Assembly: GCA_029007845.1 (NCBI GenBank)
Contig: JAQXIP010000009.1
Location: 6,648-70,647 of the forward strand
DNA length: 64,000 bases
Source of the DNA: Clostridiales bacterium
GTDB taxonomy: Bacteria; Bacillota; Clostridia; Lachnospirales; Lachnospiraceae
Direction of reading: 5' to 3'
The notes beneath the pieces are model-generated. The model was given only the letters and a program-made list of their open reading frames with translations. It was not told the origin of the DNA and made no database searches. The translations under genes were made by a program, and so were the position numbers. This document shows, piece by piece, positions 27,231 to 36,308 of this stretch. How positions within the stretch are numbered: position 1 is the first letter of the stretch; every line of letters starts with the position of its first letter.

Positions 27231-28598
27231 TTATTTTGAAGCAGATGTTGTCCGGCAGGGCCTTGCAATTTCCACAATTGCTTTTTTGCTGGCAGCGGAA
27301 AACTCCGTCCGGTAAGTGTTTTCTGCTACACCTTTTGCTTCCCCTGCTTCAATTACCGTTCCGTATAAGCTTTTTGTTGCCGGATCAATCTTGTAGCCTG
27401 CAAAGATCGCCACATGACCGATTGCCTTATACCGTGTCTGATTCGTTCCATACGTATAAAAGATTAAATCGCCAGGCAGCATGGAACGTTTCGTAATGTC
27501 CACGCCCGCCTCGGCATACATTTTATGATTCTGCGCACACCATTTACCATTATCTGCTGCAGTCGGTGCGCTCTTTTTGTTTCCAAAATTAATGCCATAT
27601 GGCTGATAACACTTCCACACTAGAGAACCACAGTCATAATAGCCTTCCTCCATCCTGAGAGACTGGCTGTATACCGGAGAGGAGTTCGTGATCGTACGCG
27701 CTTTGCTGACTGCCTGATAAGCTGCCTTATTGCACACGGATACATAGCAGGATACCGTGATGCCATCTGCAGCTGCTTTCAACGTGCCATTTCCTGTGCT
27801 AAGTGCAGTAATGGTGCATGTATTGCCATCCGTCTGTACCGTAAACCGTTTTTCTTTCGTGGAAGTAAATACAGCCGCCCCCTGGTTTCCGGTTAACGTA
27901 ACAACGGTTTTCATACCAGGATACAAAGTGATTGTCTGGTCAGATAACTGATGTTCGGTTACCCTTATATGCAAGGTAAACTTCTTGCCATAGATCCGGA
28001 CGGTTACAGTAGTCTCCCCAGGCTGTTTTCCAAGAATGGAGATAACTCCGTCAGACATGGAGCAGGACACCAGACCGGAAGGGCTGCCTTCATAGGTTAT
28101 ATTTGGATTCCCGTCATAATATTCCCCATAATTTTTAATTGTAATCTTTGCAGGTGAAAGATCATTAAGGGAAAAGGCAATATTTTTTTTGGAAAGGGAA
28201 AACGTGACAACTGATACACGAATTGTGCAGGGATAGACGGTTCCATCCTTTCCGGTAAGGTCTGCCTTTATAACGGCTTCCCCTTTGGCAACCGGTTTTA
28301 AAAGACCATATGCAGATACCGTAACAACCGATGGGTCAGAGGAAGAAAAATTCGTCCAGGATACCGCGTTCATATAGTGAAGGGAATAAGAAGCACCCCC
28401 CACTACTAACGTCACATCCTCTTTTGAAAAAGAAGGTGGCGTAAAATCGCTGTCAGAAACACATTCCTCCTCCTTTGCATACGCAGGGCATGAAAAGAAA
28501 GACAACGTCCCCATACTAACTGCGAAACACATTAAAAAAAGCAATACGATCCCCCAACAGGAAAACTTCATATGTATATTCTGTTTCATTTTATGCAA
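27231..28598 (-). CDS. Secreted Big_2-repeat protein with a C-terminal NlpC/P60 (C40) peptidase domain
   Basis: Signal peptide, three Big_2-like repeats, then YYDCGSLVWKCY (catalytic Cys) and GHVAIFAG (His). It ends 21 nt upstream of the MoxR gene on the same strand. Confidence 0.75.
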   Translation of the reverse strand: MHKMKQNIHMKFSCWGIVLLFLMCFAVSMGTLSFFSCPAYAKEEECVSDSDFTPPSFSKEDVTLVVGGASYSLHYMNAVSWTNFSSSDPSVVTVSAYGLLKPVAKGEAVIKADLTGKDGTVYPCTIRVSVVTFSLSKKNIAFSLNDLSPAKITIKNYGEYYDGNPNITYEGSPSGLVSCSMSDGVISILGKQPGETTVTVRIYGKKFTLHIRVTEHQLSDQTITLYPGMKTVVTLTGNQGAAVFTSTKEKRFTVQTDGNTCTITALSTGNGTLKAAADGITVSCYVSVCNKAAYQAVSKARTITNSSPVYSQSLRMEEGYYDCGSLVWKCYQPYGINFGNKKSAPTAADNGKWCAQNHKMYAEAGVDITKRSMLPGDLIFYTYGTNQTRYKAIGHVAIFAGYKIDPATKSLYGTVIEAGEAKGVAENTYRTEFSAASKKAIVEIARPCRTTSASK

Positions 28599-28817
28599 TT
28601 CCTCTCCGTTCTCTCCATTCTAATGGTAAGCCCTGTTCTTAATGTATAATGTACGGGAAAAGCTTATAAAATTCAAGTGATTTGTTGTAAATTTACTATA
28701 AAATTTATAAAATGTTGAAAAATATTGTTGAAAAAAGATTGTTTTTTTGGCAATTAGATAGTACAATAAATGGTAGACAGCTAGCCCAGTCTGGGTTATG
28801 AAAAGGAGATGAGGGAC

Positions 28818-29060
28818 GTGTTTTCGTTTTTAAAAAAAGGGGGGAACCCGGCAGAAAAAGAGATAGAGGCTTTGGTTAAGGAGATCCAGCTGAATCTCGA
28901 GAATAATTATAAGGATCGTGTGAGGGCGGATTTAAAGACGGCAATGGAGACGTTGGATCGCTTTAAAGAATCCGGACAGATTGATAACGTGGTATATGCG
29001 AAATACCGTTCTTACTTTGAAGATGTCAGTGTTAAAGTGAATGGGAGAATTGTTTACTGA
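28818..29060 (+). CDS. Hypothetical small protein (about 80 aa)
   Basis: GTG 28818 lies 9 nt after AAGGAG. ATG 28809 from the track abuts the RBS. The protein is helical and charged. Confidence 0.4.
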   Translation: MFSFLKKGGNPAEKEIEALVKEIQLNLENNYKDRVRADLKTAMETLDRFKESGQIDNVVYAKYRSYFEDVSVKVNGRIVY

Positions 29061-29117
29061 TCATACATATCGTGATGCTGGGCAATAAATTAGGGACATA
29101 ATGAGGAGGATAAGGAA

Positions 29118-30041
29118 ATGTCTGAGAAATTTCGGCTGATTACAAGAAGCGACTTTGATGGTTTAGTTTGCGCTATGATTTTTAAGGAATTAGGAATGAT
29201 CGACGAGATTAAGTTCGTCCATCCGAAGGACATGCAGGATGGATTGATTGAAGTTTCGGATCGGGACATTTCAACAAACCTTCCATATGTTGATGGAATC
29301 CATCTCTGTTTTGATCATCATGTCAGTGAGGTGGCCAGAGCGAATGGAATCAAGAGAAACCATGTAATTGTGCCGGATGCTCCGAGTGCAGCAAGAGTCG
29401 TATATGATTATTATGGAGGAAAGGAAAAGCTTCCACGAATTACGGATGAGATTATGGCAGCAGTGGATAAAGGGGATTCTGCACAGTTTTCCGTGGATGA
29501 GATTCTTCATCCGACAGGCTGGGTGCTGATGAATTATCTAATGGATGCCAGAACAGGGCTTGGAAGATTCCGCAATTTCCGGATCTCAAACTATCAGCTG
29601 ATGATGGAACTGATTGATTACTGTCTGGATCATACCGTAGAAGAAGTGCTGGAACTTCCGGATGTAAAGGAACGAGTTCAGCTTTATTTTGAACAGCAGG
29701 AAAAATTTAAAGAGCAGATCGAGCGGATTCACTATATGGATGGAGATGTGGTTGTTCTTCCACTGAAAGACGAGGAGATCATCTATGCGGGTAATCGCTT
29801 TATGGTATATGCCATGTATCCGGAGGCAAAGATATCGGTTCATGTGATGTGGGGCTTAAAGAAGCAGAATACAGCAGTCACAATTGGAAAATCCATAGTT
29901 AACCGATCCTCAAACGTGAACATTGGAGATATCTGTCTGGAATATGGTGGAGGCGGGCATGCCAATGCGGGAACCTGTCAGTTGGATAATGACAAGGTAG
30001 ATTCACTGCTTCCAGAGATCCTTGCAAAATTACAGGGATAG
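29118..30041 (+). CDS. DHH/DHHA1-family phosphoesterase
   Basis: 307 aa with DFDGL (DxD), CFDHH (DHH) and GGGGHANAG (the GGGH motif of DHHA1). Confidence 0.7.
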   Translation: MSEKFRLITRSDFDGLVCAMIFKELGMIDEIKFVHPKDMQDGLIEVSDRDISTNLPYVDGIHLCFDHHVSEVARANGIKRNHVIVPDAPSAARVVYDYYGGKEKLPRITDEIMAAVDKGDSAQFSVDEILHPTGWVLMNYLMDARTGLGRFRNFRISNYQLMMELIDYCLDHTVEEVLELPDVKERVQLYFEQQEKFKEQIERIHYMDGDVVVLPLKDEEIIYAGNRFMVYAMYPEAKISVHVMWGLKKQNTAVTIGKSIVNRSSNVNIGDICLEYGGGGHANAGTCQLDNDKVDSLLPEILAKLQG

Positions 30042-30065
30042 CAATCGGACATAAAAGAAAAAAGG

Positions 30066-30108
30066 AAAGTCTGCCTGGTGCATGTTATCTGCCGATGGCG
30101 GACTTTTG
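30066..30108 (+). terminator. Putative intrinsic terminator
   Basis: AAAGTCTGCC ... GGCGGACTTTT hairpin followed by a T-rich tract. Confidence 0.4.
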
Positions 30109-30125
30109 TGATGTAGGAGAAAAGT

Positions 30126-30863
30126 ATGACAACGAATGGGTATCAGAATCAGAAACCAAAGATTTGTGTCCCGGTTATGGGGGCAGCTGTGTCAGACATT
30201 CTGGAGCAGACAAAATGGGCTGTGCAGGAAACGTGCGATGTAATTGAATGGCGTATGGATTATTTTCCATCGGTAACGGATGAAAGACAGGTTTTGTCAG
30301 TGGCAGAACAGATGAAAGGAATGATTGGTGAGAAACAGTTTCTTGCGACGTTTCGGACAAAACAGGAAGGCGGAGAACGTGAACTGGATGCGGCGTCATA
30401 TGAGACTCTGCTTCGCTGTGTGGGAAGCCTGAAAGCTGTGGACTGGGTGGACGTGGAGTATGCTATGCTTGACAAGATGTCGGAAAAGCTTGTATCCGAT
30501 TTGAAAAAATGCGGTAAGACTGTGGTGTTGTCCAGTCATGATTTTCAAAAAACACCTTCGAGCAAGGAGATGTTATCTAAGCTGGAAGAGATGGAGAAAG
30601 CGGGAGCAAGTATTGGAAAACTGGCGGTTATGCCAGAAAAAGAGGAGGATGTTCTTGCTCTTTTGGATGCGACCTTAAAAGCAAAACGAACATTGTCGAT
30701 CCCGGTTATTACCATGTCGATGTCGGATCTGGGGATGATAAGCCGCATCTGTGGAGAACTCTCCGGTTCCATTCTTACATTCGGGTGTACACAAAAAGCC
30801 AGCGCCCCCGGACAGGTTCCGGTTGACAAGCTGGCCATGTGTCTGGAACTTCTTCATCAATAA
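30126..30863 (+). CDS. aroD: Type I 3-dehydroquinate dehydratase
   Basis: 245 aa with KICVPV, IEWRMDYF, TFRTKQEGGE, SSHDF and KLAVMP (Schiff-base Lys region). Confidence 0.85.
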   Translation: MTTNGYQNQKPKICVPVMGAAVSDILEQTKWAVQETCDVIEWRMDYFPSVTDERQVLSVAEQMKGMIGEKQFLATFRTKQEGGERELDAASYETLLRCVGSLKAVDWVDVEYAMLDKMSEKLVSDLKKCGKTVVLSSHDFQKTPSSKEMLSKLEEMEKAGASIGKLAVMPEKEEDVLALLDATLKAKRTLSIPVITMSMSDLGMISRICGELSGSILTFGCTQKASAPGQVPVDKLAMCLELLHQ

Positions 30864-30867
30864 CTGG

Positions 30868-31377
30868 TTATTCAGAAAGAAGAACGTTTTGGATTTCTAC
30901 AATATACAGTGTGTGGTAATCTTCATCTGGGTACCAGGCCGTTGGAATGGCTGGATCAAGAACAAACTCTTTTTCCATTGGCTGTGCATATAGTTTTTTG
31001 CATACCAGATTCATACGGGCTTCTTTGAAAACAGGGGTGTGATCCACTTCTTCCACGGTGAGACCGCAGTGTTTGATCTTGTCTTCCTGTCTTCCGGAGA
31101 CACTGCCGCAGTATTTTAATGCATCCCGGTATTCTTCGGTAAAGAAGGAAAGAGACAGGGTATCCGATGCGTCAATCATTGTTTTTGTATAACGCTGTGG
31201 ACGGATTACGATGAAAGCAACGGGCTTACCCCACATAATACCAACACCGCCCCAGGATGCGGTCATTGTGTTTACCTGATCGCCTTTCTTGGCGGTGACA
31301 AGCATCCATTCTTTTCCGATTAGTTGGAATGGATTGTCGGTTAAAGACTCTGGCAAAATCGTTTTCCAGTTTGACAT
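30868..31377 (-). CDS. Flavin reductase-like (FMN-binding split barrel) protein
   Basis: 169 aa from ATG 31377 (AGGAGG 7 nt upstream). Motif MTASWGGVGIMWGKPVAFIVIRPQRYT. Confidence 0.7.
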   Translation of the reverse strand: MSNWKTILPESLTDNPFQLIGKEWMLVTAKKGDQVNTMTASWGGVGIMWGKPVAFIVIRPQRYTKTMIDASDTLSLSFFTEEYRDALKYCGSVSGRQEDKIKHCGLTVEEVDHTPVFKEARMNLVCKKLYAQPMEKEFVLDPAIPTAWYPDEDYHTLYIVEIQNVLLSE

Positions 31378-31405
31378 GATAAGACCTCCTAACATATTTC
31401 ATATC

Positions 31406-31592
31406 ATGATGCCAGGGTCAAAAGGTCATACGTTTCATGCTTGCATGAAAAAGTATGACCTTTTGACCCGTAAAACATGAGAAAACAGCCCGAATAGGGC
31501 GGATTTCGAATGTTTAAGAATTGCGAGAGCACGAAGTGCGTAGCAATTCGTAGGCATCATGGGGTCAAAAGACCTTTTGACCCTAGTATCAT
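31406..31592. repeat. Family-B composite repeat (187 bp) in the divergent intergenic region
   Basis: Termini ATGATGCCAGGGTCAAAAGG / CTTTTGACCCTAGTATCAT. Contains a 55-bp hairpin (31415-31469), an AGAATTGCG..GCAATTCGTA hairpin and a short GGGTCAAAAGACCTTTTGACCC hairpin. Confidence 0.7.
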
Positions 31593-31622
31593 TATATAAG
31601 ACATTGTAAGAGAATTTCAAGT

Positions 31623-32306
31623 ATGCAGGAAAAACAAAAGGAAGGTGAATTCCCTTTGAACCGGAATTATCAGAAGGAACTTGAAAAAATAATTTTAGAA
31701 AATGAGAAACTAGGAAAAAGACCAATGCTTTTATTGCATGTGTGCTGTGCACCGTGCAGCAGCTACTGTCTTGAATATCTGGATCGTCACTTTGAACTGG
31801 TTTTGGATTATTATAATCCAAATATTAGTCCGAAAGAGGAGTATGATAAGCGGGTAGAAGAATTAAAACGCCTGCTGCACCAGATGCCGCTTTCGAATCC
31901 GGTGTCTTTGGAGACAGGGAAATATGAGCCGGAGCTTTTTTTTGAGATGGCAAAGGGGATGGAGGAAGAACCGGAAGGTGGAAAACGGTGTTTTGCCTGT
32001 TATGAGATGCGGCTTAGGCAGGCGGCCCGGGAAGCCGTGCGGCTTGGGTGCGATTATTTTACCACAACGCTTTCCATCAGCCCGTATAAAAATGCCGGGA
32101 AGCTAAATGAGATTGGAGAAAAACTTGCAAAGGAATACCACATACCATATCTTCCATCTGATTTTAAGAAGAAAAATGGGTACAAGCGCTCTATTGAACT
32201 GTCAGATACTTACAAGTTGTACCGACAGAACTATTGTGGCTGCCCGTATTCCCGTATGGAAGCGGAGAAGAAAAGGAAAAATTATACAGAAAGCATTGCA
32301 AAATAA
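31623..32306 (+). CDS. queH: Epoxyqueuosine reductase QueH (DUF208)
   Basis: 227 aa with LLHVCCAPCSSY, CFACYEMR and YCGC cysteine motifs. Confidence 0.85.
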   Translation: MQEKQKEGEFPLNRNYQKELEKIILENEKLGKRPMLLLHVCCAPCSSYCLEYLDRHFELVLDYYNPNISPKEEYDKRVEELKRLLHQMPLSNPVSLETGKYEPELFFEMAKGMEEEPEGGKRCFACYEMRLRQAAREAVRLGCDYFTTTLSISPYKNAGKLNEIGEKLAKEYHIPYLPSDFKKKNGYKRSIELSDTYKLYRQNYCGCPYSRMEAEKKRKNYTESIAK

Positions 32307-32358
32307 TGTCATATTGTGTAAAATTTACTATATGTAAAATGAATTGGAGGAGTTAGGA

Positions 32359-33996
32359 ATGCAGCAATATGTGAATGAATTCAGAGACAAATTCACGAAA
32401 CTAAAAGAAATTGAGGAGAAGTATGGGCTGAACGTGCAGGATGTGACTGACATTCTGGCCGGAATAGATGATTTTCAGGTTACTTCTCCTGTGATTGGTA
32501 ACTTCAGTACCGGAAAGAGTTCCCTTCTGAATGCTGTTTTGGGAAAACAGATGCTCAGTGTGGACATTACCCCGGAGACAGCAGTGCCTACTGAGATCTG
32601 CTATGGACCGGAGAATTCCGTAAAACAGATTTTTGGGGATTCCGTGAAAGAATACCAGATGGAAGATCTGCCGATTAAAGGGCTTAATATCCGGAACACA
32701 GATCTTGTAAGAATCCGTTATTCCAATGAATTCCTGAAAAAAATCCCGAATGTCAAGATTGTGGATCTGCCGGGATTTGATACAAGTATTGAATTGCATA
32801 ATATGGCGATCGACCAGTATCTGCCGAACAGTCTGGCATATCTTCTGGTTGTTTCTTCGGATGAGCCGGTTTTGAAAAATGGAATTGCTGACTTCTTAAA
32901 AGAGTTAAAGCTTCATCAGGTTCCGGTATACCTGATTATTACAAAGTGTAACCGTCTTTCTGCAGAAGACCGGGAAGCATGCAGGAAGCTTCTTGTGGAG
33001 AATATCTGTAATCTGTTAGAAGTCGATGATATTCCGTGTGCCTGCACCGAGTCTGTAGGAGAGGAAGTCAACATTGATGAAGTGAGAGGATTCCTTACCG
33101 AGATCCAGGAAAAATCATCAGACATTTTCCGTCGGAAATATACCGAGTTATTAAAACGGAATGCAAAATATGCAGAAGTGTACCTGATGGACCGGATCGA
33201 TAAAAAGGATTTATCTACCTCCGAACTGGAGCAGGAGCAGGAAAACCTGGAAAAGAAAATCAATGAACTGGTGGGAAAGGTTGAGAAGGAAAAGAAGAAT
33301 TTTGATGCCCAGACAGAAGAATGTATCCGAGTGATGAGAGAACGTGTCCAGAAAGATCTGGAAGCCGTAAAAGAGCCAATTGCAGTTATGATCCGGAATG
33401 GCTCCGATGTAAGCGGCAGAGTGAACGGAATCATCCGTAATGCGGTAGCATTAAGTGTGAAATCAGAATTTGAGCCAAAACTTCAGGAGTATCTGGACCA
33501 GATTTCGGATATGGTTCGTTTTGAGATGCCGGATACGGAAGAATTTAATTTTAAAACCGGAAAAGCCTTTGATGACGGCATAGTGCAGAGCCTGTTTACA
33601 AAAGTGGCACCGGTTGTATTGGCTACGGTAGGTGCATTGATTGCCGGACCGATTGTTGCCATCGTAGGTGGTGCACTTGGTGCATTTGCGGATGTTGCCT
33701 TGAATGTGAACGGAGAAAAGAAGAAAGAGCGTAAGGCGAGAAAAGCAGCCGATGATCTGATTGCAAAGATTCACGTAGAGGCATCTGACAGTGCGGCAAG
33801 GGAAATCCGCAGATATGTGGAGAAAATCAATGGTGAGATTCAGGAGAAGATTAACCGTCAGAAAATCATTCTGGAGAAATCCCTGGAAGATGTGAAAATG
33901 GAACTGGATCTGGAAGAGGAAGCGAAAGAAAGAGAGATTCATGCACTGGAAGCTGATCTGGATCTGATTCGCGCATATATGATGAAAGCAGATTAA
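32359..33996 (+). CDS. Bacterial dynamin-like GTPase with a hydrophobic paddle segment
   Basis: 545 aa from ATG 32359 (GGAGGAG upstream). G1 GNFSTGKSSLLNAVLG, G3 DLPGFD, G4 TKCN, a coiled-coil stalk, and the hydrophobic segment VAPVVLATVGALIAGPIVAIVGGALGAF. Confidence 0.8.
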   Translation: MQQYVNEFRDKFTKLKEIEEKYGLNVQDVTDILAGIDDFQVTSPVIGNFSTGKSSLLNAVLGKQMLSVDITPETAVPTEICYGPENSVKQIFGDSVKEYQMEDLPIKGLNIRNTDLVRIRYSNEFLKKIPNVKIVDLPGFDTSIELHNMAIDQYLPNSLAYLLVVSSDEPVLKNGIADFLKELKLHQVPVYLIITKCNRLSAEDREACRKLLVENICNLLEVDDIPCACTESVGEEVNIDEVRGFLTEIQEKSSDIFRRKYTELLKRNAKYAEVYLMDRIDKKDLSTSELEQEQENLEKKINELVGKVEKEKKNFDAQTEECIRVMRERVQKDLEAVKEPIAVMIRNGSDVSGRVNGIIRNAVALSVKSEFEPKLQEYLDQISDMVRFEMPDTEEFNFKTGKAFDDGIVQSLFTKVAPVVLATVGALIAGPIVAIVGGALGAFADVALNVNGEKKKERKARKAADDLIAKIHVEASDSAAREIRRYVEKINGEIQEKINRQKIILEKSLEDVKMELDLEEEAKEREIHALEADLDLIRAYMMKAD

Positions 33997-34013
33997 TCGG
34001 GGAGGATAGAAGA

Positions 34014-36128
34014 ATGGATATTTTTGAAAAAACAAAAGAACATGAACTGGCATTTGCTGATTTCGCAGATAAAGTTGACCGGATCTGTGAGCAGCTTGCA
34101 CCATATGAAGAAAACATTGACCTGGCAGATTTAAAAGCGGTAAAGAAGAACTTTCTTGCAAAGACCGATGACTTTTTCCGGGAAGACCGGAAATTAAATA
34201 TCGGTGTAATCGGAAGGGTAAAAGCTGGAAAGTCCACTTTCCTGAACTCCCTGTTATTTGATGGGGAGCCGGTTCTTCCGATGGCAGCTACCCCTAAGAC
34301 GGCAGCACTGACAAAGATTGAATATGATGATGAGAACAGTATCCAGATTGAATACTACACAAAAGAAGAGTGGGAAATAATCCGTAATAATGCAAAAGTA
34401 CAGTCTGATCTTGCTGAATTTTCACTGGCAAGAGAGATTATCCAGATGGTAAAGGACCGGGGACTGAATGCAGATGATTATGTTGGAACGGTTTCCGAGC
34501 GGAAGGTCTTTGCAGATAACGGGGAACTGAATAAAGAGTTAAATGAGTATGTGGGGGAGAATGGAAAGTATACTCCTCTTGTGAAATCCGTTTCTGTTAC
34601 CATTGACCGGGAAGAACTGGAAGATATCTCCATTGTAGATACTCCTGGATTAAATGATCCAATTGTTTCAAGAACAGACAAAACAAGACAGTTTATGGAA
34701 CTGTGTGATGTGGTATTTTTCTTAAGCAAGTCAACCGGTTTCCTTGATACGGACGATGTGGATCTGCTTGTATCCCAGCTGCCGCAGAAGGGTGTTAAGA
34801 GAATGGTTCTGGTATGTACCAGAATGGATGATGGTCTCCGGGATATTATGTGGGAGAAGGACTCCGTTAAGACTGCTTACGCAGATATGAAAAAGAAACT
34901 GGTTTCTTATACAGATGAGACGTTAGAGAACTATAAGAAGACCCATTATTTTATGCACAGTAACGTGATTGACCAGTGTAAAGAACCGGTGTTTGTGTCT
35001 GTTCATGCGTATAATATGTCAAAGAAGACTCCAATGCAGTATTCGCCAAAGGAGCAGAAGCTGTTTGAGGATTTAAACCGCCATGGTGAGATTAACGCTG
35101 AATTTCTAAAAGAACTTGGAAATATGGATCAGATTAAGGCAATCTATCAGGATGTCATTGCCCATAAGGATGATATGCTTTTAGAGAAAGCCAACTCCTT
35201 TGTCCCGAATGCAGAGGAAGAATTAAAAACACAGCTGATTCGTCTGCAGAAGCTGGCAGAAAAACGTTCCAGCCAGTTAAAACGGTTTGACCGGGAAGAA
35301 ATTGTGGAGCAGAAGAATCAATATACAGAGCAGGTAAATAAAATCAACATGAAGCTGGAAGAAATCTTTGGCGAATGGTGCATGAAAGTGGAGAATAACA
35401 AAACCCAGGCTCTGCGTGACCTGAGAGGTTATTACCGTGATTATCTCCAGTTAAATGAAAAAGAAGGAAGCACGACTCATTTTGAGACAAGCAAAGTATC
35501 CAATGCCAAATGGTTTATGCCTTGGACATGGGGAAGTACCGTCCGGGAAGTATACAGCTATGATGAAAAATACAAGTATATTGATGCTTCAGATGCGATA
35601 GAGAATATCCGTAATTTTGCCAATGATGCGGCAACCTGTATCGAAGATACCTTTAACCGGTCTTTCGATATTGCAGCTACAAAGCGCCAGTTACTGAATA
35701 CGGTAATCGAAAACTTTGATGTTGCAGATGAGAACTTTACACCATCATACTATAAACTGTTAGTGGAAAAAACCTTAAACTCCATTGAAATGCCAATGAT
35801 TAAAATCGATGTATCGAACTTTGTAAGTGGCGTGGCAGCCCAGTTCTTTGGGGAAGTCCGTGATAATGCAAAGCGGACAGATCTTAAGAATACGCTTTCC
35901 ACTGTAATCGGAGAGCTGTTTGACCAGATCTGCAATATCTTTGAATCAGAAGTAGGAAGCTTTAAGGCGAAAGTGGAAGAGATGAAACAGACATTCTCAA
36001 ACGAGTTGCTCCATGACATTATCGATGAATTAAATATTGTGCTCGAAAAGTATGAGAATAAAGAGAAGGAGATCGAAGATTATAACCGGTTTGTTACCGC
36101 AGTAGAACGGGTTTTCCCGGAAATCTGA
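34014..36128 (+). CDS. Bacterial dynamin-like GTPase (second paralogue, no hydrophobic segment)
   Basis: 704 aa. G1 GRVKAGKSTFLNSLLF, G2 TPKTAALT, G3 DTPGLND, G4 TRMD and a long helical stalk. Starts 17 nt after the preceding gene, with RBS GGGGAGGA. Confidence 0.8.
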   Translation: MDIFEKTKEHELAFADFADKVDRICEQLAPYEENIDLADLKAVKKNFLAKTDDFFREDRKLNIGVIGRVKAGKSTFLNSLLFDGEPVLPMAATPKTAALTKIEYDDENSIQIEYYTKEEWEIIRNNAKVQSDLAEFSLAREIIQMVKDRGLNADDYVGTVSERKVFADNGELNKELNEYVGENGKYTPLVKSVSVTIDREELEDISIVDTPGLNDPIVSRTDKTRQFMELCDVVFFLSKSTGFLDTDDVDLLVSQLPQKGVKRMVLVCTRMDDGLRDIMWEKDSVKTAYADMKKKLVSYTDETLENYKKTHYFMHSNVIDQCKEPVFVSVHAYNMSKKTPMQYSPKEQKLFEDLNRHGEINAEFLKELGNMDQIKAIYQDVIAHKDDMLLEKANSFVPNAEEELKTQLIRLQKLAEKRSSQLKRFDREEIVEQKNQYTEQVNKINMKLEEIFGEWCMKVENNKTQALRDLRGYYRDYLQLNEKEGSTTHFETSKVSNAKWFMPWTWGSTVREVYSYDEKYKYIDASDAIENIRNFANDAATCIEDTFNRSFDIAATKRQLLNTVIENFDVADENFTPSYYKLLVEKTLNSIEMPMIKIDVSNFVSGVAAQFFGEVRDNAKRTDLKNTLSTVIGELFDQICNIFESEVGSFKAKVEEMKQTFSNELLHDIIDELNIVLEKYENKEKEIEDYNRFVTAVERVFPEI

Positions 36129-36149
36129 TCCATATGATTCATCCGAAAA

Positions 36150-36188
36150 GGCATCTGCAGGCAGGAATGCTGCAGGTGTCTTTTTTTG
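36150..36188 (+). terminator. Intrinsic terminator after the dynamin pair
   Basis: CATCTGCAG-GCAGGAATG-CTGCAGGTG followed by TCTTTTTTT. Confidence 0.7.
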
Positions 36189-36308
36189 CTTGTGCAAAAA
36201 AAGACGAAAAAAAAAAGGATAATCCTTTTTTGTGGCGAATATATTATATGTGGGTTGTTATATTTGTACGTGATTTTGCTATTTGGCAGAAAAAAGGGGT
36301 GATGGCGG

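Noticed and set aside
28680-28760. Repeated TGTTG-A-run motifs (TTGTTGTAAAT, ATGTTGAAAAAT, ATTGTTGAAAAAAG) in the divergent promoter region upstream of the NlpC/P60-MoxR operon.
   Set aside because: The region is very AT-rich with irregular spacing, so this could be chance low complexity or curved DNA. There is not enough signal to call an operator.
33463-34161. 232-aa minus-strand ORF, plus a neighbouring ORF at 33866-34237, across the junction of the two dynamin genes.
   Set aside because: Both are antisense to strongly supported GTPase genes, and their odd composition is low-complexity antisense of Glu/Lys-rich coiled-coil codons.
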